52,520 nt of DNA from positions 1-52,520 of IMG/VR virus record IMGVR_UViG_3300023179_000146. One strand, given 5' to 3'. This document shows, one piece after another, positions 39,822 through 48,331 of this stretch; position 1 is the stretch's first letter; each line of letters opens with the position of its first letter. Source of the DNA: a virus (Duplodnaviria > Caudoviricetes). The translations under genes were made by a program, and so were the position numbers. The notes under the pieces were generated by a model. It saw only the letters and a program-made list of their open reading frames with translations. It was not told where the DNA came from and made no database searches.

Positions 39822-40343
39822 ATGAAAAATATAATCTTTACTTTAAGTTTACTCCTAACGTTTATGTTAGGTTTCTCACAGACCTCTTTTGTAAAAGAAG
39901 ATTTGCCCCAATATTTTGTCCAAAATGGAGACACAATAGGTATCCTTTTAACAGTTGAACAAGTCCAAAAACTAGATAATAACTCCGAATTGTTAGGTCT
40001 ATTTGAAAAGCTATCTATAAAATGTGATAGTTTAGATACATACTATATAGGGGTCATCAACAAAATGAACGATAAAATAACAATTCTTAATACTAAGATA
40101 TCTAAACAGGATGAAGCGATGAAAAAACAAGACGACATGGTAAAAGATGTAAAGGCTCAATTAGCCAATGCTCTTTTAAGACTAGATTTATGTGAACAAC
40201 AAAGAAGTAATGATTCAACAATAATAAGAGGGTTAAAACAAGATTTAACTAAGGCAAAAGTTAAAGGAATAGCCGGATGGGCTACCACTGGTGTAGTTTC
40301 AGCAGTAGCTATATTTCTTGGTATATTTTTTGGCATAAAATAA
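39822..40343 (+). CDS. Secreted coiled-coil protein with C-terminal membrane anchor
   Basis: Signal peptide ending GFS-Q, coiled coil, C-terminal GIAGWATTGVVSAVAIFLGIFFG. Confidence 0.6.
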   Translation: MKNIIFTLSLLLTFMLGFSQTSFVKEDLPQYFVQNGDTIGILLTVEQVQKLDNNSELLGLFEKLSIKCDSLDTYYIGVINKMNDKITILNTKISKQDEAMKKQDDMVKDVKAQLANALLRLDLCEQQRSNDSTIIRGLKQDLTKAKVKGIAGWATTGVVSAVAIFLGIFFGIK

Positions 40344-40398
40344 CAAAAAATGACTTTTTATAAGTAATATATAAGTTATAAAAAATATCTTAAATAGG

Positions 40399-40989
40399 AT
40401 GAAACACATTAGAAAATTTGAATCTTATCGTAATAACAAGAGAAGAGATGAAATCATAAAAGAATCAGTTCTTCAGGTTAACGACATTTATAAAGTAAGA
40501 ACTTTGATTGATATTCCACAATCTCTTATTAACGCTTATGTTAAAAAAGTTAAAGACAACACTGGTAAAAATCTTAGACAATTCTTTGGTGATGTAGATA
40601 TCGCAGAAGAAATTGTAAAATATGTTACTTTGAACTTCACTAATGTTGATCAAGTTCCAGCTGGTGCACTTACTGGAGACGCTCAAGGATCACCAGAAGG
40701 ACAAACTCAAGCTCAGTCACAAACTGAACCACAAGCTCAAACCCAAGCTCAGCCACAAACTCAAACTCAAGCTCAGCCACAAGCTCAAACTCAGAGTCAA
40801 GGGCAGGCACAAGTACAAGTTCAAACAGAAGCTGAACCACAAGCTCAGCCACAAGCCCAAACTCAAGGTCAAGCACAGGTTCAAGGTCAAGGTGAGTTTG
40901 AAGAAGTAGGTGAAGAAGAGAAAGAAGGCACTGAAGAAGAACCTCAGGGACAAGCTCAAGAAGAAGGCGAAGAAGAATTACCTCTATAA
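40399..40989 (+). CDS. Tagged protein (MKHIRKFESY) with Q/A/P/T linker and acidic tail
   Basis: TAATATATA at 40365-40373; terminator downstream. Confidence 0.78.
   Translation: MKHIRKFESYRNNKRRDEIIKESVLQVNDIYKVRTLIDIPQSLINAYVKKVKDNTGKNLRQFFGDVDIAEEIVKYVTLNFTNVDQVPAGALTGDAQGSPEGQTQAQSQTEPQAQTQAQPQTQTQAQPQAQTQSQGQAQVQVQTEAEPQAQPQAQTQGQAQVQGQGEFEEVGEEEKEGTEEEPQGQAQEEGEEELPL
40702..40890 (+). repeat. Imperfect 6-nt-period coding repeat (Gln-X dipeptides: QAQPQTQ)
   Basis: Recurrent CAAGCTCAGCCACAA and CAAACT units; explains the stop-free alternative frames. Confidence 0.85.
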
Positions 40990-41014
40990 TTGAAAATAAT
41001 CAAAAAATATATTT

Positions 41015-41058
41015 GAAACGAAACATCAAAAGTGTTTCGTTTCTTTTTTTTATATATA
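41015..41058 (+). terminator. Terminator fused to the next late promoter box
   Basis: GAAACGAAACA-tcaaaag-TGTTTCGTTTC, then a T run into TTATATATA (41050-41058). Confidence 0.78.
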
Positions 41059-41062
41059 CTAT

Positions 41063-41680
41063 ATGGAATGGATAAAAACATTTGAAAGTTACAATACAAT
41101 CGAAGACTTAATTATTGTTGATGTTCAAAAATCATTTAGTAAATTTTTTACCGAAATGTATATAAATCAACTAACTAAACATTGTGTCAATTTTAAAAAT
41201 GTTTATCAAGTATTTGACAACCACCACGAAGGTAAAAATGTTGATAAAGATTATCTTTATGATGAAAATCCAGAGATACCGGTATCAGATGAGTTTTATA
41301 GTTTTCCAAATATAAAAGAAAGAATAGAAAAAAGATACAACTATAAAGTAGATGCAGATTTCTACAAGAAGATACTTGATAAAGAAGTTTATGATGAGGT
41401 ATCAAGTTTAGAAGAAAAGAAACAACTAAAGAAAGGCGATATGTTTCCAACGAAAGAAGGGACTGTAATAGTCTATATTGGTAATAATCACGTATGGTTT
41501 CATTCTAGTAAAAAACTATACGATGTGTTACAATCCTTAAAAGGTAAAACAGTAGAGATAGTAGGTGGTTCAGATTCAGAATGTTTGGAAGATGTAGTCA
41601 CTTTAGCAGAAAAAATAGGTGTTCTTATCAAAAGAAATTATAAATATATTTGGTCAGCATCACATTGTCCTATAAGATAG
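41063..41680 (+). CDS. Tagged cysteine hydrolase (isochorismatase / nicotinamidase fold)
   Basis: MEWIKTFESY tag; LIIVDVQKSF catalytic Asp, FDNHH, and VEIVGGSDSECLED catalytic Cys region. Confidence 0.65.
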   Translation: MEWIKTFESYNTIEDLIIVDVQKSFSKFFTEMYINQLTKHCVNFKNVYQVFDNHHEGKNVDKDYLYDENPEIPVSDEFYSFPNIKERIEKRYNYKVDADFYKKILDKEVYDEVSSLEEKKQLKKGDMFPTKEGTVIVYIGNNHVWFHSSKKLYDVLQSLKGKTVEIVGGSDSECLEDVVTLAEKIGVLIKRNYKYIWSASHCPIR

Positions 41681-41729
41681 TCATAATATAAATTTAAAAA
41701 TAAATATATAATATAAATTTAGTTGATAT

Positions 41730-41978
41730 ATGCCTTCAAAATCAAAAAAACAACAAAGACTTATGGGAGCTGCTTACGCTTACGCGACTGGTCAGAACAA
41801 AGATGTTCCAGATTACATAAAAGATGTTGCAAAATCTTTCATGAAGAAAGGTAAAAAGAAGGGTACCAAATCTCTTAGAGATTTTGCTAAAACCAAGCAT
41901 AAAGGTTTACCGGAAAAGGTAACTAAAGTTGAAGAATCATTAAGACACTTAGTTAGATTCTCTGAGTTTAAGGGTTGA
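41730..41978 (+). CDS. Small basic DUF3008-like protein
   Basis: MPSKSKKQQRLMGAAYA...LRDFAKTKHKGLPEKV; tag-like LRHLVRFSEF at the C-terminus. Confidence 0.75.
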   Translation: MPSKSKKQQRLMGAAYAYATGQNKDVPDYIKDVAKSFMKKGKKKGTKSLRDFAKTKHKGLPEKVTKVEESLRHLVRFSEFKG

Positions 41979-42159
41979 TTTTCTCAACCAAATACTCAGA
42001 ATAACTTATATTAGTTTGAGTATCAATATAAAGATTCTGACTCAAGTAATCAGTATAAGAAATAGATTTATCAATCATTTCAGCAACATATTGACTATAA
42101 CCAATATAGTTATCCCTACTATTTCTTAATTCTTTTATCTTTTTAATTTTATCTATCAT
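41968..42159 (-). CDS. Small protein with three Y(S/T)xY(V/L)x(E/Q) repeats
   Basis: IGYSQYVAE, ISYTDYLSQ, ISYSEYLVE. Confidence 0.5.
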   Translation of the reverse strand: MIDKIKKIKELRNSRDNYIGYSQYVAEMIDKSISYTDYLSQNLYIDTQTNISYSEYLVEKINP

Positions 42160-42164
42160 ATTAT

Positions 42165-42187
42165 AAAAAACCCTCCGAAGAGGGTTT
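42165..42187 (-). terminator. Intrinsic terminator with cUUCGg tetraloop
   Basis: Minus strand reads AAACCCT-CTTCGG-AGGGTTTTTT just after the stop at 42193. Confidence 0.82.
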
Positions 42188-42192
42188 GATTG

Positions 42193-42852
42193 TTAAGATT
42201 GTAATTGTGTTTCAGACTTAGGTAGTACTTCTGATAAAAGAACATCAGAAGCATCCATTCTCAGAGCCCACTGTTGAATATCTTCTGGTAAGGCTTTGGC
42301 ACGAGCATCATAGTAATTAATCACTTTAGAAACTTCTCCGATTCTCATTAATAACTTAGAGAATATATAAGCTTCTTTGGTCAAACCCTTGACTTTATGA
42401 CTCTGTATCAAATGATAAATATAAGTTAGCTCAGTTGCTGTAACTTCAAATAATTTGATGTCAGTATCATTTTGATACTTAGTTCCCTCCATAGTACCAA
42501 GAAGTTCAGTAAGCTCGATAGCGATGAAAACAGTATTAACATCATAATCCAACTTCTTTAAGAGAAGGTCTGTCAAAAGATTATATTGAGGTCTATTCAA
42601 GTAGAAGTTAAACTTAACATCTCTTAGAGTTTTTTTATATTCATTGTAAAGATATTGAGCATTTCCGTAGATGGCATCTTTTGCTTCTTCTACTAATCCA
42701 TGTCCTGGATTATTTTTCATGAAATTTTCTACTTCTTCAATTTTTGAGTCTAACATTAATTCTCTATCGAAGTTTAAAAGTCTATTCAAAACTTCATTTT
42801 CAAAAAATGATAACTCAGGTTTTACAGTATTTACTTGTACGGTTTGATTCAT
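42193..42852 (-). CDS. Hypothetical protein
   Basis: 219-aa ORF in a minus-strand string. Confidence 0.7.
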   Translation of the reverse strand: MNQTVQVNTVKPELSFFENEVLNRLLNFDRELMLDSKIEEVENFMKNNPGHGLVEEAKDAIYGNAQYLYNEYKKTLRDVKFNFYLNRPQYNLLTDLLLKKLDYDVNTVFIAIELTELLGTMEGTKYQNDTDIKLFEVTATELTYIYHLIQSHKVKGLTKEAYIFSKLLMRIGEVSKVINYYDARAKALPEDIQQWALRMDASDVLLSEVLPKSETQLQS

Positions 42853-42861
42853 TTTATTATA

Positions 42862-43092
42862 TTATTTTTTTAATCCCAATTCTTCAACTAAAATATTCAA
42901 AGAATCTAATTTATCTTTAGCTTCACAATACTGTGTAACCCACCTATCGTGTTCAGTTAGCAGGTCAGAGTGTTCTCCAATTGCTGCCAAATTAGAATTT
43001 GATAGATATAAAGCTAAGTTCGCTTTTGCTTCTTCCATTTGTGCCTCATACTTTTTAGTTAAAGCACTTATATAAGTTTTTGATATATTCAT
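42862..43092 (-). CDS. Small helical phage protein (AIGEHSD motif)
   Basis: 76 aa; A...Y...A...L..YL....IGEH pattern. Confidence 0.7.
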   Translation of the reverse strand: MNISKTYISALTKKYEAQMEEAKANLALYLSNSNLAAIGEHSDLLTEHDRWVTQYCEAKDKLDSLNILVEELGLKK

Positions 43093-43106
43093 AATTTTAA
43101 ATTTTT

Positions 43107-43532
43107 TTAGAATGTGAACTCTTCAGTACCATCAGCCTTTTGTTGTTGATACAATTCTTCAACTTGATTTGCCTTTGCGACTTTTTCTACACCATATTTA
43201 GTGATTAAAGCTGAAAAAGTTGATAAATCTGGTTTAATCATTTTAATTTTTCCGGACTCAGTTTCAATAGAAATTTTATCAATTTCTTGTTCAATCAGAA
43301 TTGAAATAGATTCTTCATCAAATACGTTGAAAAGATCCTCATTAACTGAAACTAACAACTCTTTATTCAAGAGAAAAGTGTATTGATCAGCCAATTTAGA
43401 AATTTTAATTAATTGTTTTTGTTTTTCCGAACCAATAAATTGGAAACCTACTGAAATCGGAAAAGATTTTTTGTTAAACACATCGAAGAACTCTTTTTGA
43501 GTGTCCTCAGAAACTTCGTAAAATTTACTCAT
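43107..43532 (-). CDS. Hypothetical protein
   Basis: 141-aa ORF; layout reminiscent of phage metallopeptidase-like proteins but lacks HExxH. Confidence 0.65.
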   Translation of the reverse strand: MSKFYEVSEDTQKEFFDVFNKKSFPISVGFQFIGSEKQKQLIKISKLADQYTFLLNKELLVSVNEDLFNVFDEESISILIEQEIDKISIETESGKIKMIKPDLSTFSALITKYGVEKVAKANQVEELYQQQKADGTEEFTF

Positions 43533-43578
43533 TTATAGATTTTTATTTTTATATTATAAGAAAAATTGAAATGTTTGT

Positions 43579-44010
43579 TTATCCTTTCCATAACCAAAAT
43601 GTGAAAGTAATTAAACCAATAACTGAAATAACAGGCAATAGAATTCGATATATTATCTTATTAATCTCAACAGAATCTAATTGTTTATAACCAATAACAA
43701 TTAAATAAGAATATTTATCAACCTTTTTGATGGGTTCATAAAAATCATATAATTCAGAAATACCTATTGAGTTAAGAAAAGTAGATAATTCATTTATATA
43801 ATCTCTAATGTAATTTTGAGATATTCTATCTATATCATCTTTTCTTAGATTATAAGGCTCTTCAACAAGATTGGTTGGTATGTTCAGAACCGTGTACATT
43901 CTATCAGCGTTGTCAATTCTCATGTTAAAATCTCCCTCAAGTCGCACTTTGTTCTTATTAATCGCTGACTTATAGGAGAAGAATAATCTCAAATCTTTAA
44001 AAATACCCAT
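43579..44010 (-). CDS. Hypothetical protein with C-terminal TM
   Basis: ILLPVISVIGLITFTFWLW; TGATATATA box (44018-44026) overlaps the upstream stop. Confidence 0.7.
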   Translation of the reverse strand: MGIFKDLRLFFSYKSAINKNKVRLEGDFNMRIDNADRMYTVLNIPTNLVEEPYNLRKDDIDRISQNYIRDYINELSTFLNSIGISELYDFYEPIKKVDKYSYLIVIGYKQLDSVEINKIIYRILLPVISVIGLITFTFWLWKG

Positions 44011-44023
44011 ATAAGATTATATA

Positions 44024-47000
44024 TCAAAAAGAATCAGATGTTGATATTTTTTTAAACTGAACATCTATTTTAGAATAATCAACAGAGTAGAATCCATTTT
44101 TATCTATAATTAAAGCCTCTTCAAATTGAGTATTTAGTAGCTCTTGTGCAATTACACCCTGATAAATAACTCTCGGATTGAAAGTATATGTAAAGTGATA
44201 AATATTTATTCCACTAACCGACTCACCAACTTTCTTTAATATGTTTTTTAATCTTTTATCAGAACGACCCGTACTATTGGGAACATTACCAGATGAACTT
44301 AATTGATTTTCTTTTACAGAAAGTAAATAGTTTTTAAGTGCACCTCTCGAACCAACCACACTAGAAATATCAGCTAGTAAAGCTGTCATCCTATCTACTT
44401 TTTCTGCCAAAATTTGTCCCTCGGTTTTTTGATTGTTACCTTTAGGAGTTACTTTCATAGCGGTTGCAGTAGGTGAGGATTCTTTTTTACCTTCGAAATC
44501 TTTAATCAATTCGGCAAATATTCCACCTTTCTCTTCTATCTTATCCAATACATCTTCTAACATATCAGGATCCATAAGAGATAACATTATAACATTATTA
44601 GCCATACTCTTAACTAATCCAAGTTTTTCAACATCCAATCCTTGAATCGAATTCGAAAAAGTATTCATAGATGAACCCAATTTTTCGAATGCCATAGCCA
44701 ATAAAGTTATGTTAGAAACAGCCTGTTCCAATGGACTTTTCGAAAATAGGTTTGATATTTTACCAAATAATCCACCTGATTCCGGCGCATCAAAATTTAA
44801 CATTCCAATTATTGATTTGAACTTTTGTAAGGCAGTAATTGTACCATTAATCCACTCTACTTTCGGAAACTTTGTAAAATCTCCAAGACTAAATATTCTA
44901 TCTACTCTGACTATTAGTTTAGCTATATCCAATAGAGAATCACTAGAACTTGCACCAAATAGACCCGCAATACCTTCACCAATAGCACCTAATACACTCT
45001 GATTTGACATCAACTTCTGAAATTTAGTCATAGCTGATATTGCACCAGTGACCCATTCATCTTTTGGATATATTTTATAAGCACCTCGACTAAATATAGC
45101 ATCAATTCCAACAATTGTAGCTGCCATACCTAAAGCAACTAAAGAACCTATCAATATTAAAGGACTTAGAAGTGAAATAGACGCAGATATAGTTGCGAAC
45201 TTTGCCAATAATGACATCGTAGGATTAACCCACTTGTCTGGTGGATAAGTTTTATATGAACCCATTTGAAATAACTTATCAATCAAAAGTATCGTACCAG
45301 CTATAACTAAAGCTGTAGCCGAACCGATTACAATTATCGGTGAGACCAGACCAAGTAAAACAGACATAGCAGCGAATCCACCAAGAATTGACATAGTTGG
45401 AATAACCCACTCACTTGGAGGATAAACTTTATATGATCCCATTTGAAATAATTTATCAATTAAAAATATTGTACCAACTATTAAAAGAGCTGTAACCATA
45501 CCAGCAACTATGATTGGAGAAACAATCCCCAATAGAACAGCCATAGTCGCAAATCCACCAAGAATTAACATAGTCGGAACAACCCACTCACTTGGAGGAT
45601 AAACTTTATATGATCCCAATTGGAAAATATATGAAACACTTACAATCGCAAGAGCAACGACTGCAATCATTGCTAGACCTGCGTAGAAGAATGGATTAAA
45701 AACCTGAGTTCCTAATAATATAGCAGTCAATCCAAAAAAACCAAGTGCTAAACCAACACCCATCGACCATCCCATACTCGGAAACTTATCATAGTTACCT
45801 GTTGATAAAATATAAGAAACCGCAACAATCGAAGCGGCTATTATAAGGATTACTCCGAGTCCCATATAAAACATTGGATTCATTAAGAAATTACCCAATA
45901 ACATAGCAGCAACCGCAAACAGACCTATACTTATGACTGTCCCAATAGACCACATAAGTGGTGGATAGTTTGTGTAGTTCCCAGCAGATATTAAATGAGA
46001 TGAAATCATAATTGTAGTAGCAATTATTATGATTGATAAACCACCTTGAACATAGTCTTTGACACTACCTAATTTTAAAACTAACCAGGTTACAAGTGCA
46101 AAAGCCGCAATCGCTAAACCCGAGAATAAAGTCCAAACGAGTGGTGGATAATTAGTATAGTTTCCCTTAGATAACAAGAGAGAACTTATCATTATAGTTG
46201 TTGCCATTATAACAATGGATAACCCACCATTAAAATAGTCTTTTGGATTACCAAGTTTGTTGACAACTTTCACAGCGACTGCTAAAGCAACTACCGATAA
46301 AGCAATACTTATTGATAAGAATAGAAATTTAGCGATTGTTGAAAAAGAAACAGGACTCATCAACATAAGTAAATATGAAGCACCAACCACCGCAGCAGTC
46401 AAAGCCAATAAAACAAGAGTTCCCATTCCGATCTGTTTTTCTGTTATTCCTTTAACGCCCTGCATTAGTGGTTTCACTGCGTAAGACAACACCACAAACG
46501 TTGCGGCAATTAAAATTGCAGTGAATGCTTGAAATAAACCAATCGGTCTAACAAGAGATAAATAATAAGAAGCTCCAACGATTGCAAGACTCAGTGCAAT
46601 TAGAACAATAGGTATCAGTGCACTAGCAGCGATTGCAGTAGCTGGATTAATACCTTTAAATGCTGAGATTAATTTACCTAATCCAAAAGAGACCACTCCG
46701 AATGCCGCAGCTATCATAATGACTGTTAAAGCTTGATATAACCCTATTGGTTGAACAGCTTGTAAAACAACAGAAGAAGCTGCAATAGCAATACTAACGG
46801 CTAACAAAACTATCGGTAAGACTACTGATGCTTTTAGTGCATCACCTGCCTTAATATCTTTAAAAGCTTTCAATAAATTACCAAGGCCAAATGCAGCGGC
46901 TCCAAATGCAGTCGCGATGAATATGACAGTCAACGCTTGAAATAAACTAATTGGAACTACTTTGGTCAAAACACGAGATGCTAACATGATTGCAATAGAT

Positions 47001-47500
47001 AATCCAACAACTGATAATCCTATCATTAGAACTTTACCAGGAGTCAAATCTTTAATTTTTGCCATCTTTTCAAATGCAAAAGCTATCATCGGAAGAGCCA
47101 CTGATATTGCTAAGACAGATTTCCAATCAACAGTACCTATTAATTTGAAAGCCAAACCTATTGCGAGAACAGCACCAGCAATTAGAACTATTGCTGATAT
47201 ACCATCTTTTAACATCTTCTTACTTTTTTCTTTACCAGCTCCTTCAAACACATTCATTGATTTATCCTTCTTTTCTTTCTGAAGTTTAATGATGGTCTGT
47301 TGATTATCGAGTATTTTCTTATTATCACTTCTCAAATCTTGTATACCTTTAGTGATTTTTTTCAATTCTTCACCAAAATTACCAGATTGCATAGCAGTAG
47401 CAGTAGGACTTTTTGCCTCTTTATTTTTATTCAGAGAATCGGTCAACATCTCTAAGGCAATTGAAAGGTTATCTAATGCTGCTAATAATTGTTTATCCAT
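44024..47500 (-). CDS. Tape-measure-like hydrophobic repeat protein with C-terminal S74 intramolecular chaperone
   Basis: About 800 aa of Ala/Gly/Leu/Ile-rich repeats; C-terminal RSDKRLK...IYHFTY...GVIAQEL...YSVDYSKI. Confidence 0.7.
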   Translation of the reverse strand: MDKQLLAALDNLSIALEMLTDSLNKNKEAKSPTATAMQSGNFGEELKKITKGIQDLRSDNKKILDNQQTIIKLQKEKKDKSMNVFEGAGKEKSKKMLKDGISAIVLIAGAVLAIGLAFKLIGTVDWKSVLAISVALPMIAFAFEKMAKIKDLTPGKVLMIGLSVVGLSIAIMLASRVLTKVVPISLFQALTVIFIATAFGAAAFGLGNLLKAFKDIKAGDALKASVVLPIVLLAVSIAIAASSVVLQAVQPIGLYQALTVIMIAAAFGVVSFGLGKLISAFKGINPATAIAASALIPIVLIALSLAIVGASYYLSLVRPIGLFQAFTAILIAATFVVLSYAVKPLMQGVKGITEKQIGMGTLVLLALTAAVVGASYLLMLMSPVSFSTIAKFLFLSISIALSVVALAVAVKVVNKLGNPKDYFNGGLSIVIMATTIMISSLLLSKGNYTNYPPLVWTLFSGLAIAAFALVTWLVLKLGSVKDYVQGGLSIIIIATTIMISSHLISAGNYTNYPPLMWSIGTVISIGLFAVAAMLLGNFLMNPMFYMGLGVILIIAASIVAVSYILSTGNYDKFPSMGWSMGVGLALGFFGLTAILLGTQVFNPFFYAGLAMIAVVALAIVSVSYIFQLGSYKVYPPSEWVVPTMLILGGFATMAVLLGIVSPIIVAGMVTALLIVGTIFLIDKLFQMGSYKVYPPSEWVIPTMSILGGFAAMSVLLGLVSPIIVIGSATALVIAGTILLIDKLFQMGSYKTYPPDKWVNPTMSLLAKFATISASISLLSPLILIGSLVALGMAATIVGIDAIFSRGAYKIYPKDEWVTGAISAMTKFQKLMSNQSVLGAIGEGIAGLFGASSSDSLLDIAKLIVRVDRIFSLGDFTKFPKVEWINGTITALQKFKSIIGMLNFDAPESGGLFGKISNLFSKSPLEQAVSNITLLAMAFEKLGSSMNTFSNSIQGLDVEKLGLVKSMANNVIMLSLMDPDMLEDVLDKIEEKGGIFAELIKDFEGKKESSPTATAMKVTPKGNNQKTEGQILAEKVDRMTALLADISSVVGSRGALKNYLLSVKENQLSSSGNVPNSTGRSDKRLKNILKKVGESVSGINIYHFTYTFNPRVIYQGVIAQELLNTQFEEALIIDKNGFYSVDYSKIDVQFKKISTSDSF
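45228..45618. repeat. 177-nt (59-aa) tandem repeats inside the tape-measure-like gene
   Basis: Exact 38-nt AACCCACTCACTTGGAGGATAAACTTTATATGATCCCA at 45404-45441 and 45581-45618; degenerate third copy near 45228. Confidence 0.85.
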
Positions 47501-47523
47501 TTAATTAACTTAATCTTGTAGAG

Positions 47524-47557
47524 TATATATAAATTATGTTATCATTCTTAATATATA
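47524..47557. promoter_or_regulatory. Divergent late promoter boxes (- at 47524-47532; + at 47549-47557)
   Basis: TTATATATA for the tape-measure-like gene; TAATATATA 5 nt before ATG 47563. Confidence 0.65.
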
Positions 47558-47562
47558 ACAAT

Positions 47563-48039
47563 ATGAAAAAGGGGATAAACATCATGACATTCAAAAAATT
47601 CATTTCTTATTTCAAACTAAACGAATCTCTAAAAGAAGTTCGATTAAATCAAATATTAGATAAAATATCTAAAAAAATAAAATTATCTAAGACTGAACAA
47701 GAATTCTTAGATCATTATGATGAAACTTCTGAAGAAGATATGATGGATTACAAAATGTTATCTAAAGAATCTACATTTACCAAAATATCCAAACTTTTAG
47801 AAGAACGAAAAAGAGTTATTTGTAATCTAATTGATAGAGATGGTGTAATCGGAATTCAAATTGTTCAAATCTATAATAGATATGATGATGAAACTTGCAC
47901 TATGACACTAAAAAACGGAGAAAAAGTAAAATTACAAGATAATATACTTTACAATATAATTTACAATACAAATAAAGACGAATGGTCCTTAGAAATGGAA
48001 GATGAGTTTTTCGAAAAATTACCAGTAAAAAATGATTAA
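47563..48039 (+). CDS. Tagged hypothetical protein with DUF6576-like motif
   Basis: MKKGINIMTFKKFISYFKLNES then LNQILDKISKKIKLSKTEQEFLD. Confidence 0.65.
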   Translation: MKKGINIMTFKKFISYFKLNESLKEVRLNQILDKISKKIKLSKTEQEFLDHYDETSEEDMMDYKMLSKESTFTKISKLLEERKRVICNLIDRDGVIGIQIVQIYNRYDDETCTMTLKNGEKVKLQDNILYNIIYNTNKDEWSLEMEDEFFEKLPVKND

Positions 48040-48331
48040 ATCTTGGAAACAATTTAACGAGAGAAATATTCCAATCGGAACTCAAACAGTTGGTGGTGCT
48101 AGTGGTGGTACAACTGCTCCTGTCGGACCAATGGGACCTAATTATGGTTCAGTGAAACTTAGAAATAGTACGATATCAACAAATGATACTGAAGTAATCT
48201 ACTCTGAAATAGATTCTAGAATTTATACTTACGATGATTATCAACAAATTTACCAAGACTATTTAAAAAGGGGTGGAAAACCTCTTCAAGGTTTCAATCA
48301 AGAAAATTTAGTTAAAATATTAACTTTTTAA
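48032..48331 (+). CDS. Tagged small protein (MIKSWKQFNE)
   Basis: 99 aa; Gly-rich linker; overlaps the upstream stop. Confidence 0.68.
   Translation: MIKSWKQFNERNIPIGTQTVGGASGGTTAPVGPMGPNYGSVKLRNSTISTNDTEVIYSEIDSRIYTYDDYQQIYQDYLKRGGKPLQGFNQENLVKILTF

Noticed and set aside
40702-40890. Possible CRISPR array
   Set aside because: Short-period in-frame repeats with no unique spacers; no cas genes seen.
40465-40959. Four alternative-frame ORFs (KLKLSH and LSLSLW repeats)
   Set aside because: Shadows of the Gln-X coding repeat in ORF 40399-40989; no independent start signals.
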